From: Candidatus Nanopelagicaceae bacterium
GTDB taxonomy: Bacteria; Actinomycetota; Actinomycetes; Nanopelagicales; Nanopelagicaceae
Reading direction: 5' to 3'
Length of the DNA: 62,973 nucleotides
Assembly (NCBI GenBank): GCA_036382195.1
Contig: DASVIG010000045.1
Span: forward strand, 1 to 62,973
The position numbers and the translations under genes were made by a program. Shown here one piece after another: positions 12,689-22,683 of this stretch; within the stretch, counting starts at the first letter, position 1, and each line of letters starts with the position of its first letter. The notes beneath the pieces are model-generated. The model was not told where the DNA came from, did not search any database, and saw only the letters and a list, made by a program, of their open reading frames with translations.

Positions 12689-13033
12689 GTGCTACCTCAC
12701 AACGCACGGCTTACCTCGCCCGATGATTTCGCGCGAACAACAAAGAGTGGTTTTCGAGTAACAAGTGGATCTCTTGTTGGTTACCTCTACCTTACGAGCA
12801 CAAGCGTGCCCGCAAAGTGTGGACTGATTATTAGTAAGAGCGTCGGTGGATCAGTTGTGCGTCATCGTGTTGCTCGACAGATACGACATGGTTTGCAACT
12901 TCACCTTAAGGAACTTCCACTTGGCTCGTTATTGGTGGTCCGAGCCTTGCCTGGATCTACATCTGCTGATTTCACAGAGGAACTTTCATTTTTGGTCCCT
13001 AAATTGATTCAAAAAACTTTGGTGCCGCGGTGA
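12689..13033 (+). CDS. rnpA: Ribonuclease P protein component
   Basis: Small basic protein directly after rpmH with an LPHNARLTSPDDF N-terminus typical of RnpA. Confidence 0.88.
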   Translation: MLPHNARLTSPDDFARTTKSGFRVTSGSLVGYLYLTSTSVPAKCGLIISKSVGGSVVRHRVARQIRHGLQLHLKELPLGSLLVVRALPGSTSADFTEELSFLVPKLIQKTLVPR

Positions 13034-13293
13034 AGTCCCTCTTGATTAAGCTGGTCCGTTTGTACCAAAAATGGATCTCCCCGATGTTTCCACCTCGCTG
13101 CAAGTATTACCCGTCATGTTCTTCCTATGCAATAACGGCAATTTCGACCTACGGACTAAAAGGTTTTGCGATGGCGGTGTGGCGGTTAATGCGCTGCAAC
13201 CCATGGTCACACGGCGGAGTGGACTACGTACCCAAGAAAGTCCCTAAAAAGTCAAAGAAAATCTCTTACGTTAGCGGGAGCAACACTCAATGA
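13030..13293 (+). CDS. yidD: Membrane protein insertion efficiency factor YidD
   Basis: YQKWISPMFPPRCKYYPSCSSYA signature. It has 4-nt overlaps with both rnpA and yidC. Confidence 0.9.
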   Translation: MKSLLIKLVRLYQKWISPMFPPRCKYYPSCSSYAITAISTYGLKGFAMAVWRLMRCNPWSHGGVDYVPKKVPKKSKKISYVSGSNTQ

Positions 13294-14219
13294 GTTCGAT
13301 CTTTAAACCCTTATATATCGCTGTTTCTTGGGCCCTTATCTCTATTCACAAATTGCTCTCACCTATATTCACGGCCGACAGCGGCGTCTCTTGGAGTCTG
13401 TCGATTATTGGTCTGGTAATTCTGATTCGTTTGATGCTTATCCCGCTTTTTGTAAAACAGATCAAAAGTCAGCGGGCGATGACCGCCCTGCAACCGCACC
13501 TTAAAGCGATTCAAGCCAAACATAAGGATGATCGCCAAAAGCAATCTGAAGAGATGATGAAGCTCTACAAAGAGCATAAAACAAATCCACTGGCTTCTTG
13601 TTTTCCTATCCTGGCCCAGTCGCCAATATTTTTCTCTCTTTTCACTGTTCTCAACGGCATCGGCAAAAAACCACCGGTTGCCCATGGAGTACTGACCCAG
13701 GCAGATGTTGTCAGCGCAGCACATGCGAAATTTTTTGGTGCACCAATTTCAGCCACATTCCTTGGTTCCACAAATGGCACGGTCAAAATTGTGACGATCT
13801 TGCTTATTGCTTTTATGTCACTGACAACTTTCACAACACAACGTCAGTTGATGGTTAAAGGAATGCCAAAGATGGATTCCAGCAACAACATGATGTTGCA
13901 GCAGCAGAAGATTATGTTGTACGCATTCCCATTAATTTTTGCTATTACCGGTGTGAATTTTCCTATCGGGCTTTTGATTTATTGGTCGACCACGAACTTA
14001 TGGACGTGGGGTCAACAGTTCTATGTAATCAAGCGCAACCCGACACCTGGCTCGCCGGCGTATATAGAGTTGCAAGCTAAGCGGGCCCAGAAGAGTGAGT
14101 TGCCGTTGATCGATGAAAACGTGGGGGAGATTGAGAGCCCTGAATCGGGAAACACCGAGGTAAAAGGCCAGCGCCAGCAGCCCGACCGAAAAAAGAATAA
14201 GAAAAAGAAGAAAAAGTAG
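13290..14219 (+). CDS. yidC: Membrane protein insertase YidC
   Basis: Multi-TM protein with a 60-kDa inner-membrane-protein core and a poly-Lys C-terminal tail (KKNKKKKKK). Position follows rnpA-yidD. Confidence 0.92.
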   Translation: MSSIFKPLYIAVSWALISIHKLLSPIFTADSGVSWSLSIIGLVILIRLMLIPLFVKQIKSQRAMTALQPHLKAIQAKHKDDRQKQSEEMMKLYKEHKTNPLASCFPILAQSPIFFSLFTVLNGIGKKPPVAHGVLTQADVVSAAHAKFFGAPISATFLGSTNGTVKIVTILLIAFMSLTTFTTQRQLMVKGMPKMDSSNNMMLQQQKIMLYAFPLIFAITGVNFPIGLLIYWSTTNLWTWGQQFYVIKRNPTPGSPAYIELQAKRAQKSELPLIDENVGEIESPESGNTEVKGQRQQPDRKKNKKKKKK

Positions 14220-14272
14220 GACAAATCGGTTTAAAACGTACGAACCCGACAATAGGGGATAAGGAGTGCATT

Positions 14273-14773
14273 ATGGACGAAATTGAGAAGACGACCGATA
14301 AGGCGGAGGGAGCCCTCGTCACTAAATTGGAGGAGGAGGGGGATATCGCTGCCGATTACCTTGAAGGACTCCTGGATATCACCGATTTGGACGGGGATAT
14401 TGATATTGATGTTGAGAATGACCGTGCTTCCCTGGCAATCGTTGGCGGGAAACTCACCCACCTGGTGGGCCACAATGGCGAAGTTCTGGATGCCCTCCAG
14501 GAACTCACCCGCCTAGCGGTACAGACTGCTACCGGGGATCGAAGTCGGCTTATGTTGGATGTTGATGGATACCGGGCCGGACGGAAGAGTGAACTGCGTC
14601 AACTAGCCCAAGAGAGCGCTGCAGAGGTAACGTCTAGTAAGAATTCTCTCAAACTAGCCCCCATGAACGCCTTCGAGCGAAAAATTATCCATGACACAAT
14701 CCAAACCTTGGGTCTGAGCAGCGAATCTGAGGGCGAAGATCCCAATCGCTGCGTTGTAATCTTCCCTGCCTAA
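14273..14773 (+). CDS. jag: Jag/KhpB-type RNA-binding protein (KH + R3H domains)
   Basis: C-terminal R3H-like segment MNAFERKIIHDTIQ. It occupies the conserved position between yidC and rsmG. Confidence 0.85.
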   Translation: MDEIEKTTDKAEGALVTKLEEEGDIAADYLEGLLDITDLDGDIDIDVENDRASLAIVGGKLTHLVGHNGEVLDALQELTRLAVQTATGDRSRLMLDVDGYRAGRKSELRQLAQESAAEVTSSKNSLKLAPMNAFERKIIHDTIQTLGLSSESEGEDPNRCVVIFPA

Positions 14774-14792
14774 AGATTTCCTGGACTCCCTC

Positions 14793-15371
14793 GTGGTTTC
14801 ACGTGAAACCCTCATTTCCCGGTTTTTCCCGGGGAGAGAAGAGGAGATCTCTCGGTACGCGGAATTTCTCCGTACCGCGGGGATAGAACGGGGACTCATC
14901 GGCCCCGGCGAGGGAGACCGCATCTGGGAGCGTCATATTTTCAATAGCCTGCCCGTGATTTCCCTCATTTCCCAAGGCGCATCCCTAGTCGATGTCGGCT
15001 CTGGGGCTGGATTACCGGGAATACCTATTGCCCTTGCCCGTCCAGACCTTGAAGTGACATTGATCGAGCCCCTGCAGCGGCGGATGGATTTTCTCGAAGA
15101 GGCCGCTGCCGATCTGAGTATCACTCTTCTCCATGGCAGAGCCGAGGAATTTCAGATGAAGGCCGATTTTGTGACTGCCAGAGCGGTTGCCCCACTTGCC
15201 AAGTTAAAGGCCATGAGCTGGAATCTGATGAGAGTCGGTGGCACTTTGCTGGCGATCAAGGGCGAAAATGCGGCAAATGAGATAAGTACTGTCAAAGGAG
15301 CCCATCTCCATGAAATTACCCTGGAGGATCTACCTCTAGCCCGGGTTATATCCATCCAAAAGACTGGTTAA
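14793..15371 (+). CDS. rsmG: 16S rRNA (guanine527-N7)-methyltransferase RsmG
   Basis: SAM-binding motif DVGSGAGLPGIPIA, located upstream of parAB. Confidence 0.92.
   Translation: MVSRETLISRFFPGREEEISRYAEFLRTAGIERGLIGPGEGDRIWERHIFNSLPVISLISQGASLVDVGSGAGLPGIPIALARPDLEVTLIEPLQRRMDFLEEAAADLSITLLHGRAEEFQMKADFVTARAVAPLAKLKAMSWNLMRVGGTLLAIKGENAANEISTVKGAHLHEITLEDLPLARVISIQKTG
14795..14810. promoter_or_regulatory. parS centromere-like site (ParB binding)
   Basis: GGTTTCACGTGAAACC is a perfect 16-bp palindrome. It contains the full actinobacterial parS core GTTTCACGTGAAAC. Confidence 0.85.
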
Positions 15372-15380
15372 CTTACCCAC

Positions 15381-16298
15381 GTGGATGATTCACGTGAAAC
15401 ATCGGGCAAGAGAGTGGTTGTCGGCACCCGCCGCCTGAAAGAGGCGATGGCCAAACCCGCTTACGTGCGGATTTTTACCGTGGCCAATCAGAAAGGCGGA
15501 GTGGGCAAAACTACCTCTACCGTTAATATCGCCGCCGCGCTGGCCATGGGGGGCCTTCGAACCCTGGTTATCGACCTAGATCCGCAGGGCAACGCCAGTA
15601 CCGCACTTGCGGTTGAACACCAGGCCCATCAAGGGATATATGAAGTCCTTATGGGTGCGAGTCCGATCGCTTCGGTTGTTCAGAAGGTCGCCGGTTTTCC
15701 TCATCTGGAATGTATTGCTTCCAATACAGCGCTAGTCCAAGCAGAGATCAACTTGGTGCCTATGGTGGCCCGCGAATTGCGATTGAAAGAAGCGATCAAG
15801 GAATTGGTTGACGAGCGAATACGCGCCGGGATTGGGTATGACTATATCTTCATTGATTGCCCACCCAGTTTGGGACTTCTGACTGTTAATGCTCTGGCTG
15901 CAGCACAAGAAATGCTGATTCCAATCCAATGTGAGTATTACGCGCTGGAAGGCCTCACTGCGTTACTTGAAACCTATTCAGTGGTAAAGAAACGACTCAA
16001 CGCGCAGTTGAAATTATCAACGATTATTCTGACGATGTTTGATGGTCGTACCCGTCTGGCAAACGACGTCGCTGCCAGCGTCCGTGCACATTTTCCAGAT
16101 GAACTTATTGATATTCCGATTCCACGTGCTGTCCGAATATCCGAAGCTCCCTCGTACAGTCAAACAGTGATGACGTATGACCCGGTTTCGCCGGGCGCAG
16201 TTGCGTACATGCAAGTGGCGCGCGAAATTTCTGAGCGAGGAAAAGCTTTTGATTCCAATGTTGTCAGCATCAATTATAAAAAAGGAGAAAGTGCATGA
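15381..16298 (+). CDS. parA: Chromosome partitioning ATPase ParA
   Basis: Deviant Walker A NQKGGVGKTT. The start is uncertain: the ORF opens at a GTG at 15381, and an alternative ATG at 15447 gives MAKPAYVRIFTVANQKGG. Confidence 0.93.
   Translation: MDDSRETSGKRVVVGTRRLKEAMAKPAYVRIFTVANQKGGVGKTTSTVNIAAALAMGGLRTLVIDLDPQGNASTALAVEHQAHQGIYEVLMGASPIASVVQKVAGFPHLECIASNTALVQAEINLVPMVARELRLKEAIKELVDERIRAGIGYDYIFIDCPPSLGLLTVNALAAAQEMLIPIQCEYYALEGLTALLETYSVVKKRLNAQLKLSTIILTMFDGRTRLANDVAASVRAHFPDELIDIPIPRAVRISEAPSYSQTVMTYDPVSPGAVAYMQVAREISERGKAFDSNVVSINYKKGESA
15386..15401. promoter_or_regulatory. parS-like site, one mismatch from consensus
   Basis: TGATTCACGTGAAACA compared with TGTTNCACGTGAAACA differs only at position 3. 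It lies at the rsmG-parA junction. Confidence 0.7.
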
Positions 16299-17155
16299 GT
16301 GTTAAACGGGGCGGGCTCGGCACAAATCTCGATGCGTTGATACCGACCTCTCTCTCTGTTTCTGGAACTGAAGTTGCACGTCAAGACGAAGTCTCAGTTG
16401 ATGTAATCTCTCCCAACCCAAAACAACCACGTATAACTTTTGATGAAGACGCACTCCGCGAATTAACGCAATCAATTAAAGAAGTCGGACTCTTACAGCC
16501 ACCTGTTGTGCGTGAAATATCTCCGGGTCGTTATGAATTGATTATGGGCGAGCGACGATTAAGGGCGGCAAAAGCTGCCGGTCTCACTTCCATTCCCGTC
16601 ATTATCCGTGAGACGGCTGACAACGAATTATTACGCGAAGCACTGATTGAGAATATTCACCGAAGCCAACTCAATGCCCTTGAAGAGGGTGCGGCATATG
16701 CCCAACTGCTCGACGACTTCGGATGCACACACGAAGAGTTGGCCAGACGTCTGGGAAAGTCACGTCCACATCTGACTAATACGATGCGACTATTGAACTT
16801 GCCTGCATCCGTGCAGAGAAGAGTCGCTGCGGGAATTCTCTCGGCAGGACATGCCCGTGCATTGTTGGCGCTGACAGATGAAATAGAGATTGAACGGTTG
16901 GCTTCGCGCATTGTGGCTGAAGGCTTAAGCGTCCGGGCAATAGAGGAAATAGTTGCGACGGGTGCTTTGAATTCAAAGAAGAGAACCAGGGCAAGCAGCT
17001 CACCCTCACCCGAACTCTTGGAAATTGCAGAACGACTTTCAGATCTCTATGACACTCGCGTGAGTGTGCAATCTGGAAAAGGCAAAGGCAAGATCACCAT
17101 AGAGTTCTCAGGAGGATCAGACCTCAAACGCCTACTGGATTTGCTGGAGGATTAA
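16295..17155 (+). CDS. parB: Chromosome partitioning protein ParB
   Basis: ParB box GERRLRAAK plus an HTH region. It has a 4-nt overlap with parA. Confidence 0.95.
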   Translation: MSVKRGGLGTNLDALIPTSLSVSGTEVARQDEVSVDVISPNPKQPRITFDEDALRELTQSIKEVGLLQPPVVREISPGRYELIMGERRLRAAKAAGLTSIPVIIRETADNELLREALIENIHRSQLNALEEGAAYAQLLDDFGCTHEELARRLGKSRPHLTNTMRLLNLPASVQRRVAAGILSAGHARALLALTDEIEIERLASRIVAEGLSVRAIEEIVATGALNSKKRTRASSSPSPELLEIAERLSDLYDTRVSVQSGKGKGKITIEFSGGSDLKRLLDLLED

Positions 17156-17162
17156 GAATTAG

Positions 17163-18431
17163 TTATTTGGAAATTTCAAAGCCACTGCTACGGCGTTCAA
17201 TTTCCTGTTTAACAACCTGACTTAAAGCTTTAACTCCTTCACGTATTCTTTCCGGAGTTGGATGGCAGTAGGACAATCGCATCGCCCATGTTCCAAATCC
17301 GTCAGCATAAAAAGCGGTGCCAGGAACATAAGCAACTTTTGCAACGATTGCCTTAGGCATCATCACCTTTGTATCAATCTCCGGAGGAAGATTTACCCAC
17401 ACATAAAACCCCCCTCCAGGTTTTGTCCAAGTTGCAGAGGCAGGGAAGTACTTGTCGAGGGATTCCAACATGGCATCGCGGCGAACTTTATATAGTTCGC
17501 AAAATGATGCGATTTGATCGCGCCAAGGCTGATCTGCTAAATAGTTGGAAATTGTTAATTGAGTAAAATTCGAAGGGCAGAGAATCGAAGACTCGCTGGC
17601 GATCACAAGTTTCTCTTTTAATGATGGCGGAACAAGCGCCCAACCCACACGCAGGCCTGCGGCAATGGTTTTTGAGAAGGATCCGAGGTAGATAACATTT
17701 TCACTGTCTTCTGCGCGCATTGCATTGGGGGACGGGCGATCAAAACCAAGCAGGCCATAAGGATTGTCCTCGACGACGAAGATCCCTTCAGTCTGGCAGA
17801 TCTCCAAAATCTCAGTGCGTCTATCTGCAGGCAGAAGAACGCCGGTTGGATTCTGATAATTGGGGATCAAGTACAAGAATTTTATTTTTCGTCCAGCCGC
17901 ACGTACCGATGCAATTGCTTGGCGCAGAGCTTCAGGAACTAGTCCTTGACTATCCAATTCAACATGGACTACTTGTGCCTCATATTGGCGGAAGGTTCCT
18001 AGGGCGCCGACGTAGGAAGGTGCCTCGACGAGGACCACATCGCCTGGGTCGATAAAAATTCGGGATATTAAGTCAAGTGCTTGCTGTGAACCAGTAGTCA
18101 CAATCACGTCGTCGGGGTTGGCTTCAATACCCTCCAAAGCCATAACATCGCAAATCTGCTCGCGTAGTTTTGGATGGCCCTGGCCGCTTCCGTACTGCAG
18201 TGCCTCAGCACCGTTGGTCAGGATGAGGTCATGGACAACTGAAGCCATCATCTCCATGGGGAGCGCCGAGAGGTTGGGCATTCCACCTGCCAACGAGACA
18301 ATCTCCGGACGAGAAGCAACCGCAAAGAGTGATCGGATCTCACTGGGCTGCATTCCGGCAGCACGAGCGGCAAAGCGCTCCTCTAAATTCTGGGGAAGGC
18401 CAGTGCGGTGGCGTTTCATGAGTTCAGGCAT
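17163..18431 (-). CDS. PLP-dependent aminotransferase (class I/II fold)
   Basis: SFSKTIAAGLRVGW carries the PLP-binding Lys, and NPTG and PGD motifs are present. Start is taken at the internal MPELMKRH to avoid overlapping cwlM; the ORF extends to 18563. Confidence 0.8.
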   Translation of the reverse strand: MPELMKRHRTGLPQNLEERFAARAAGMQPSEIRSLFAVASRPEIVSLAGGMPNLSALPMEMMASVVHDLILTNGAEALQYGSGQGHPKLREQICDVMALEGIEANPDDVIVTTGSQQALDLISRIFIDPGDVVLVEAPSYVGALGTFRQYEAQVVHVELDSQGLVPEALRQAIASVRAAGRKIKFLYLIPNYQNPTGVLLPADRRTEILEICQTEGIFVVEDNPYGLLGFDRPSPNAMRAEDSENVIYLGSFSKTIAAGLRVGWALVPPSLKEKLVIASESSILCPSNFTQLTISNYLADQPWRDQIASFCELYKVRRDAMLESLDKYFPASATWTKPGGGFYVWVNLPPEIDTKVMMPKAIVAKVAYVPGTAFYADGFGTWAMRLSYCHPTPERIREGVKALSQVVKQEIERRSSGFEISK

Positions 18432-18468
18432 TCGGCAAGTCTCCCACACTGGATGTATGCCCGCGGAC

Positions 18469-19602
18469 CTAACTACGTAATCCGACCTTTCGAAGGTCGG
18501 CAATGCGGAGGGTCCCGGTCTTGGCATCGTCTTCGGAAGCCAGATAAAGACGTTGTATCGCAATCACAATTGATTCTGCTATGACATCCCGGAAATCAGG
18601 ACGACCTAAACGCTGGGCATCACCCTGGTTTGTCAGGTATCCGAGATCGATCCGAACGGTTGGTGCCTTTGTCAGTCGTAGTAAGTCCCACGTCTTGGCA
18701 TGAGTGCGACAGTTCAGAAGATCAGTCCTGGCGCAGATCTCACGCTGAACTAAAGAGGCGAAACGTTCGCCCACGACGGAATGAATCCCATGAGCCTGAC
18801 TTCCATAAAAATAGGTGGCTACTCCATGAGCCTTCTCGTTGACGTATTCGTCTGCGTGAAAGGAAAGTATCAAATCTGCATTTGTTTTATTGACAAAAAG
18901 AATTCTCTCGGCTTCACTCGGTGAATTGTTTGCTCCCCGAGTGAGAAATACGCTAACGCCTAGAGCCAGTAACCGCCCTTCCAGCCGTTGGACGACATCG
19001 TAGACAATTTCAGACTCCTCCACCGCGTGCGCGCAAATCCCAGCTTCGCCACCGCCACTACTTGGGTCTAAGACGATTATTTTATTGGCAAGGGCGGGGC
19101 CACGACTTTTCTGCATTGCGCTCTCGCGTAAAAGCGAAGGTGTTCCACCGGACACAGTGCGAGTCAATCGAATAAGTGCGGTAATTGTTGTCGGGCCACA
19201 TTTACCGTCCACTGCTACACCGACAGATTGTTGGAACTCTTTTACCGCATTCTCGGTACGAATACCGTAGACACCATCGACCCGCCCGCAATTGAATCCC
19301 ATATCGGTTAATCGAACTTGAAGCGTTGCAACATCATCTCCCCGCATCAATTGGGACGGCTGTAAATAGAGAGATCTATCCCCCAATTTCCATCGAGCCT
19401 CTTCGAGTGCTTGAAGAGTGGCAAAGTTAACTACTCCGTTGACAGTTAACCCTCGAGATTGTTGAAAAGCTCGAACCGCATTCTCGACCGTCGCATCAAA
19501 ATAAGAGGGCTCGGCGACAAGTAAACCCAATCGATTGAGGATGTTGACGATTTGAGTCGCTACATCGCCACTGTCGCCTTTACTCGTCGGCAGATCCACC
19601 AT
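18469..19602 (-). CDS. cwlM: CwlM-like protein (two peptidoglycan-binding domains plus an amidase_3 domain)
   Basis: Two PG_binding_1-like repeats are present (AVRAFQQSRGLTVNGVV and AVKEFQQSVGVAVDGKCG) with a C-terminal amidase_3-like domain. Synteny with trxB-trxA matches M. tuberculosis Rv3913-3915. Confidence 0.82.
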   Translation of the reverse strand: MVDLPTSKGDSGDVATQIVNILNRLGLLVAEPSYFDATVENAVRAFQQSRGLTVNGVVNFATLQALEEARWKLGDRSLYLQPSQLMRGDDVATLQVRLTDMGFNCGRVDGVYGIRTENAVKEFQQSVGVAVDGKCGPTTITALIRLTRTVSGGTPSLLRESAMQKSRGPALANKIIVLDPSSGGGEAGICAHAVEESEIVYDVVQRLEGRLLALGVSVFLTRGANNSPSEAERILFVNKTNADLILSFHADEYVNEKAHGVATYFYGSQAHGIHSVVGERFASLVQREICARTDLLNCRTHAKTWDLLRLTKAPTVRIDLGYLTNQGDAQRLGRPDFRDVIAESIVIAIQRLYLASEDDAKTGTLRIADLRKVGLRS

Positions 19603-19653
19603 CTAGATCAAAGTCCTAATATCAATTCAAACGCGCCCGCTCTATCAACTCGG

Positions 19654-19977
19654 TTAGATGAATGCTTCAAGTTCTCTCAGTAGTGATGGTTTTGGTTTTG
19701 CGCCGATAATGGTCTTTACCACCTGACCGTTAACAAAGACGTTAAGAGTAGGTATAGAAGTAATCCCGTACTTGATTGCGATCGCAGATTCCTCATCGGT
19801 GTTAAGTTTGACGATCTTCAATTTATCGCCGTGTTCCTTTGCGATCTCTTCTAGGATTGGGGCTACTGCACGACAAGGCCCACACCATTCGGCCCAAAAA
19901 TCCACTAATACGGGGGTGCTGCTCTTTAAGACGACCTCATCGAAAGTTGACGTTGTTACTTGCTGTGGTGCGCTCAT
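19654..19977 (-). CDS. trxA: Thioredoxin
   Basis: WCGPC active site. Start is taken at MSAPQQV; the ORF extends to 20004. Confidence 0.93.
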   Translation of the reverse strand: MSAPQQVTTSTFDEVVLKSSTPVLVDFWAEWCGPCRAVAPILEEIAKEHGDKLKIVKLNTDEESAIAIKYGITSIPTLNVFVNGQVVKTIIGAKPKPSLLRELEAFI

Positions 19978-20049
19978 TCTCTTCTCCCTGTTAACTGGCT
20001 TCATAGATTACTAGTGAAAACTGATTCATACCTGTTCAACTGCATCGAC

Positions 20050-20988
20050 TCAGTGATGTGACAAGAAACGCTCAGCGTCAAGGGCCGCTTGGCAACCAGT
20101 TCCAGCTGCTGTGATCGCCTGTCGATAGCGGTGATCGACCAAATCCCCACAGGCAAAAACACCCTTCAGGTTGGTATGTGTCGTTCCCTCTTTTACTTCT
20201 ACATATCCTTCGGAATCTAAAGTGATTTGTTCTGAAACTAGTTCACTGCGAGGTATGTGACCGATCGCAACAAAGAGTCCAGTGTAATCACCGGTATGTT
20301 CTTTGCCAGTCTTAGTATCTCGTAACCGAATTCCTGTCACTTTATCGTCACCAAAGACATCTATCACTTCATGGTTCCAGAGAAACTCAATTTTGGGGTT
20401 TGCAAATGCGCGTTCAATCATGATTTTGGAGGCGCGCAATGTGTCACGGCGGTGTACGAGAACGACCTTCTTAGCAAATCGAGTAAGAAAAGTGGCTTCC
20501 TCGATCGCTGAATCACCACCACCCACGACGGCAATGACTTGATCTCGAAAAAAGAATCCATCACACGTCGCGCACCATGAGACACCGCGCCCTGAAAGCC
20601 TTTTTTCATTCGGGAGACCAATTTCCTTAAAAGCAGATCCCATAGCAAGTATCACGGACTTCGCTCGCAGGGTGTTTCCAGACCCATCTTTCAGGGTCTT
20701 TACATCTCCGACTAGATTCATCTCAACAATGTCGTCAGTGACCATAGTTGTCCCGAAGCGCAATGCTTGTTTTCGCATTGAGTCCATTAAGTCAGGACCC
20801 ATTACGGCCTCGGCAAATCCAGGGAAGTTCTCGACTTCGGTGGTATTCATGAGTGCGCCACCGGCAGTAACAGAGCCTTCATAGAGAATGGGCGACAATT
20901 GCGCACGTGCGGCATAAATTGCCGCGGTATAGCCCGCTGGACCAGAGCCGACGATCACAACCTCATGGACTTTATCTACACTTGTCAT
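20050..20988 (-). CDS. trxB: Thioredoxin-disulfide reductase
   Basis: [13 protein letters not shown] motif, redox-active CATCDG and [13 protein letters not shown] motif. Confidence 0.95.
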   Translation of the reverse strand: MTSVDKVHEVVIVGSGPAGYTAAIYAARAQLSPILYEGSVTAGGALMNTTEVENFPGFAEAVMGPDLMDSMRKQALRFGTTMVTDDIVEMNLVGDVKTLKDGSGNTLRAKSVILAMGSAFKEIGLPNEKRLSGRGVSWCATCDGFFFRDQVIAVVGGGDSAIEEATFLTRFAKKVVLVHRRDTLRASKIMIERAFANPKIEFLWNHEVIDVFGDDKVTGIRLRDTKTGKEHTGDYTGLFVAIGHIPRSELVSEQITLDSEGYVEVKEGTTHTNLKGVFACGDLVDHRYRQAITAAGTGCQAALDAERFLSHH

Positions 20989-21018
20989 ATCACCACCATA
21001 ACCTCATCTTATGTTGAG

Positions 21019-22683
21019 TTATTCCCCAGTTGGAAAAGTGGGTTTGCGCCGCGAGCGCAGGACGCGATGAAACTGCACTTTTACTAACTCGCCGGTAAGA
21101 GTGACTTCTTCCACACGCATCATCTTCGCAACAAAATAGTATCCAATGGGGCTGATGACGACAATAATCAAGAGTTCACCCATCCGGGCCATCGGTGAAC
21201 TATTAGTGCTAGTCCACGAGAAGATCCGTCCAATAGCGAATATAGGCAGCATCGCCATTAATGAAGCGAGAAAGAGACGGAGGTGGTGGCCAGAGAAATC
21301 TCCGACGTAAATGCGGCCGGTGTGCCTTTTTAAGAGGGCAAGGGTGATGAGGAGACCGACGATGTAACTAATCGAGAATGCCAGACCCAAACCAACCGTC
21401 ACCCACTGATTGGGAAGTATCATTAAAGACAAATACGAGAGTCCTACAGAGACCACATTGATAAACAATATTGAAGCTACCTGCGTTTTTGTATCTTCAA
21501 AAGCATTGAACCCCCGGATCAAAATGATATTTATGCTAAATGCAACCAGACCGACACCAAGGGCTGAAAGGACGTAACCGATATAGTCGGCATCCTTTAT
21601 ACCAATGCCAAAATATAGGACGCTTGTAATATTCGGGCCAAAGAGCAAAAGCGCGATGCTACTGGGAATTGTAAGAACACCCACCATGCGGATCGCCCGA
21701 ATCAGTTGAAGACGAACTTCTTCCCGTTTTTTGTTCAGGGCCAATTTGGAAAGGTGCGGCAATAAGGCTGTAAGAACTGAGATCGTCACAATGGAATATG
21801 GCAACATCATGATCAAGTAGGCATTGCTAAATGGGGTGAAGCCGACACCAGTCTTAATTCCTTCTTTAGCACTACGTACTGCTGCGCTTGTGGAAATATT
21901 TACGGTCACTAAGTAACCACCTTGTGAGATCAAGACGTAAACTAGAGTCCAACCCGCAAGTGAGAAGGATTTGTTGAGTCCCTGCCAACCCAGTTTTGGC
22001 CGTAAGCGAATTCCCGTGTGTTTTACGACTGGAATTAATATCAAGGCTTGAATTATCACACCCAGGGTTGTGCCCCACCCCAGAATCTGAGTTTGTACGG
22101 AAGTAATGTTCCCAATAGCCAGATGTGGTGCCTCAAAAAGGACAAGGGAAAAAACCGTAATAACTACTAGATTATTTGCGATTGGAGCCCACATCAGCGG
22201 GGCGAATGATCCCCGCGCGTTTGCTACTTGTCCGAGCATGGTGAACAGACCTAGGAAGAAGATCTGTGGCAGGCAATAGCGGGTGAAGGCAATAGCTAAA
22301 TGAAACTGCTTTTCAAAGCCTGCATTGGCAAACTCTGGAGCGTAAATTCGGACAAGTAAGGGCGCGAAAAGCACACCCAGCGCTACTAACGCCAGCAGGA
22401 CTCCGCTTATCGTCGTGACTAGCCGTGATACAAAGGCTTCCCCGCCATCTTCGTCGTTAAATGATCGGATTATCTGCGGGACGAAGATTGCGGTGAGGGC
22501 TCCGCCAACTAGGAGGTTATAAAGGATGTTAGGCATCGTGTTTGCAACGTTGTAGGTATCTGCCAGAAGCGCTGTACCCAGAACGGCAACTGCCAAGATA
22601 TTTCGAACGAAACCAGTTATTCGGGAGATTATTGTTCCGACTGCCATAACGCTGGATGCATGAAATAAATCAACTGGTTTCAT
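21019..22683 (-). CDS. murJ: Lipid II flippase MurJ (MviN)
   Basis: Polytopic protein with the MurJ N-terminus GTIISRITGFVRNIL. The start at MKPVDLF makes an ATGA overlap with the upstream gene; the ORF extends to 22764. Confidence 0.9.
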   Translation of the reverse strand: MKPVDLFHASSVMAVGTIISRITGFVRNILAVAVLGTALLADTYNVANTMPNILYNLLVGGALTAIFVPQIIRSFNDEDGGEAFVSRLVTTISGVLLALVALGVLFAPLLVRIYAPEFANAGFEKQFHLAIAFTRYCLPQIFFLGLFTMLGQVANARGSFAPLMWAPIANNLVVITVFSLVLFEAPHLAIGNITSVQTQILGWGTTLGVIIQALILIPVVKHTGIRLRPKLGWQGLNKSFSLAGWTLVYVLISQGGYLVTVNISTSAAVRSAKEGIKTGVGFTPFSNAYLIMMLPYSIVTISVLTALLPHLSKLALNKKREEVRLQLIRAIRMVGVLTIPSSIALLLFGPNITSVLYFGIGIKDADYIGYVLSALGVGLVAFSINIILIRGFNAFEDTKTQVASILFINVVSVGLSYLSLMILPNQWVTVGLGLAFSISYIVGLLITLALLKRHTGRIYVGDFSGHHLRLFLASLMAMLPIFAIGRIFSWTSTNSSPMARMGELLIIVVISPIGYYFVAKMMRVEEVTLTGELVKVQFHRVLRSRRKPTFPTGE

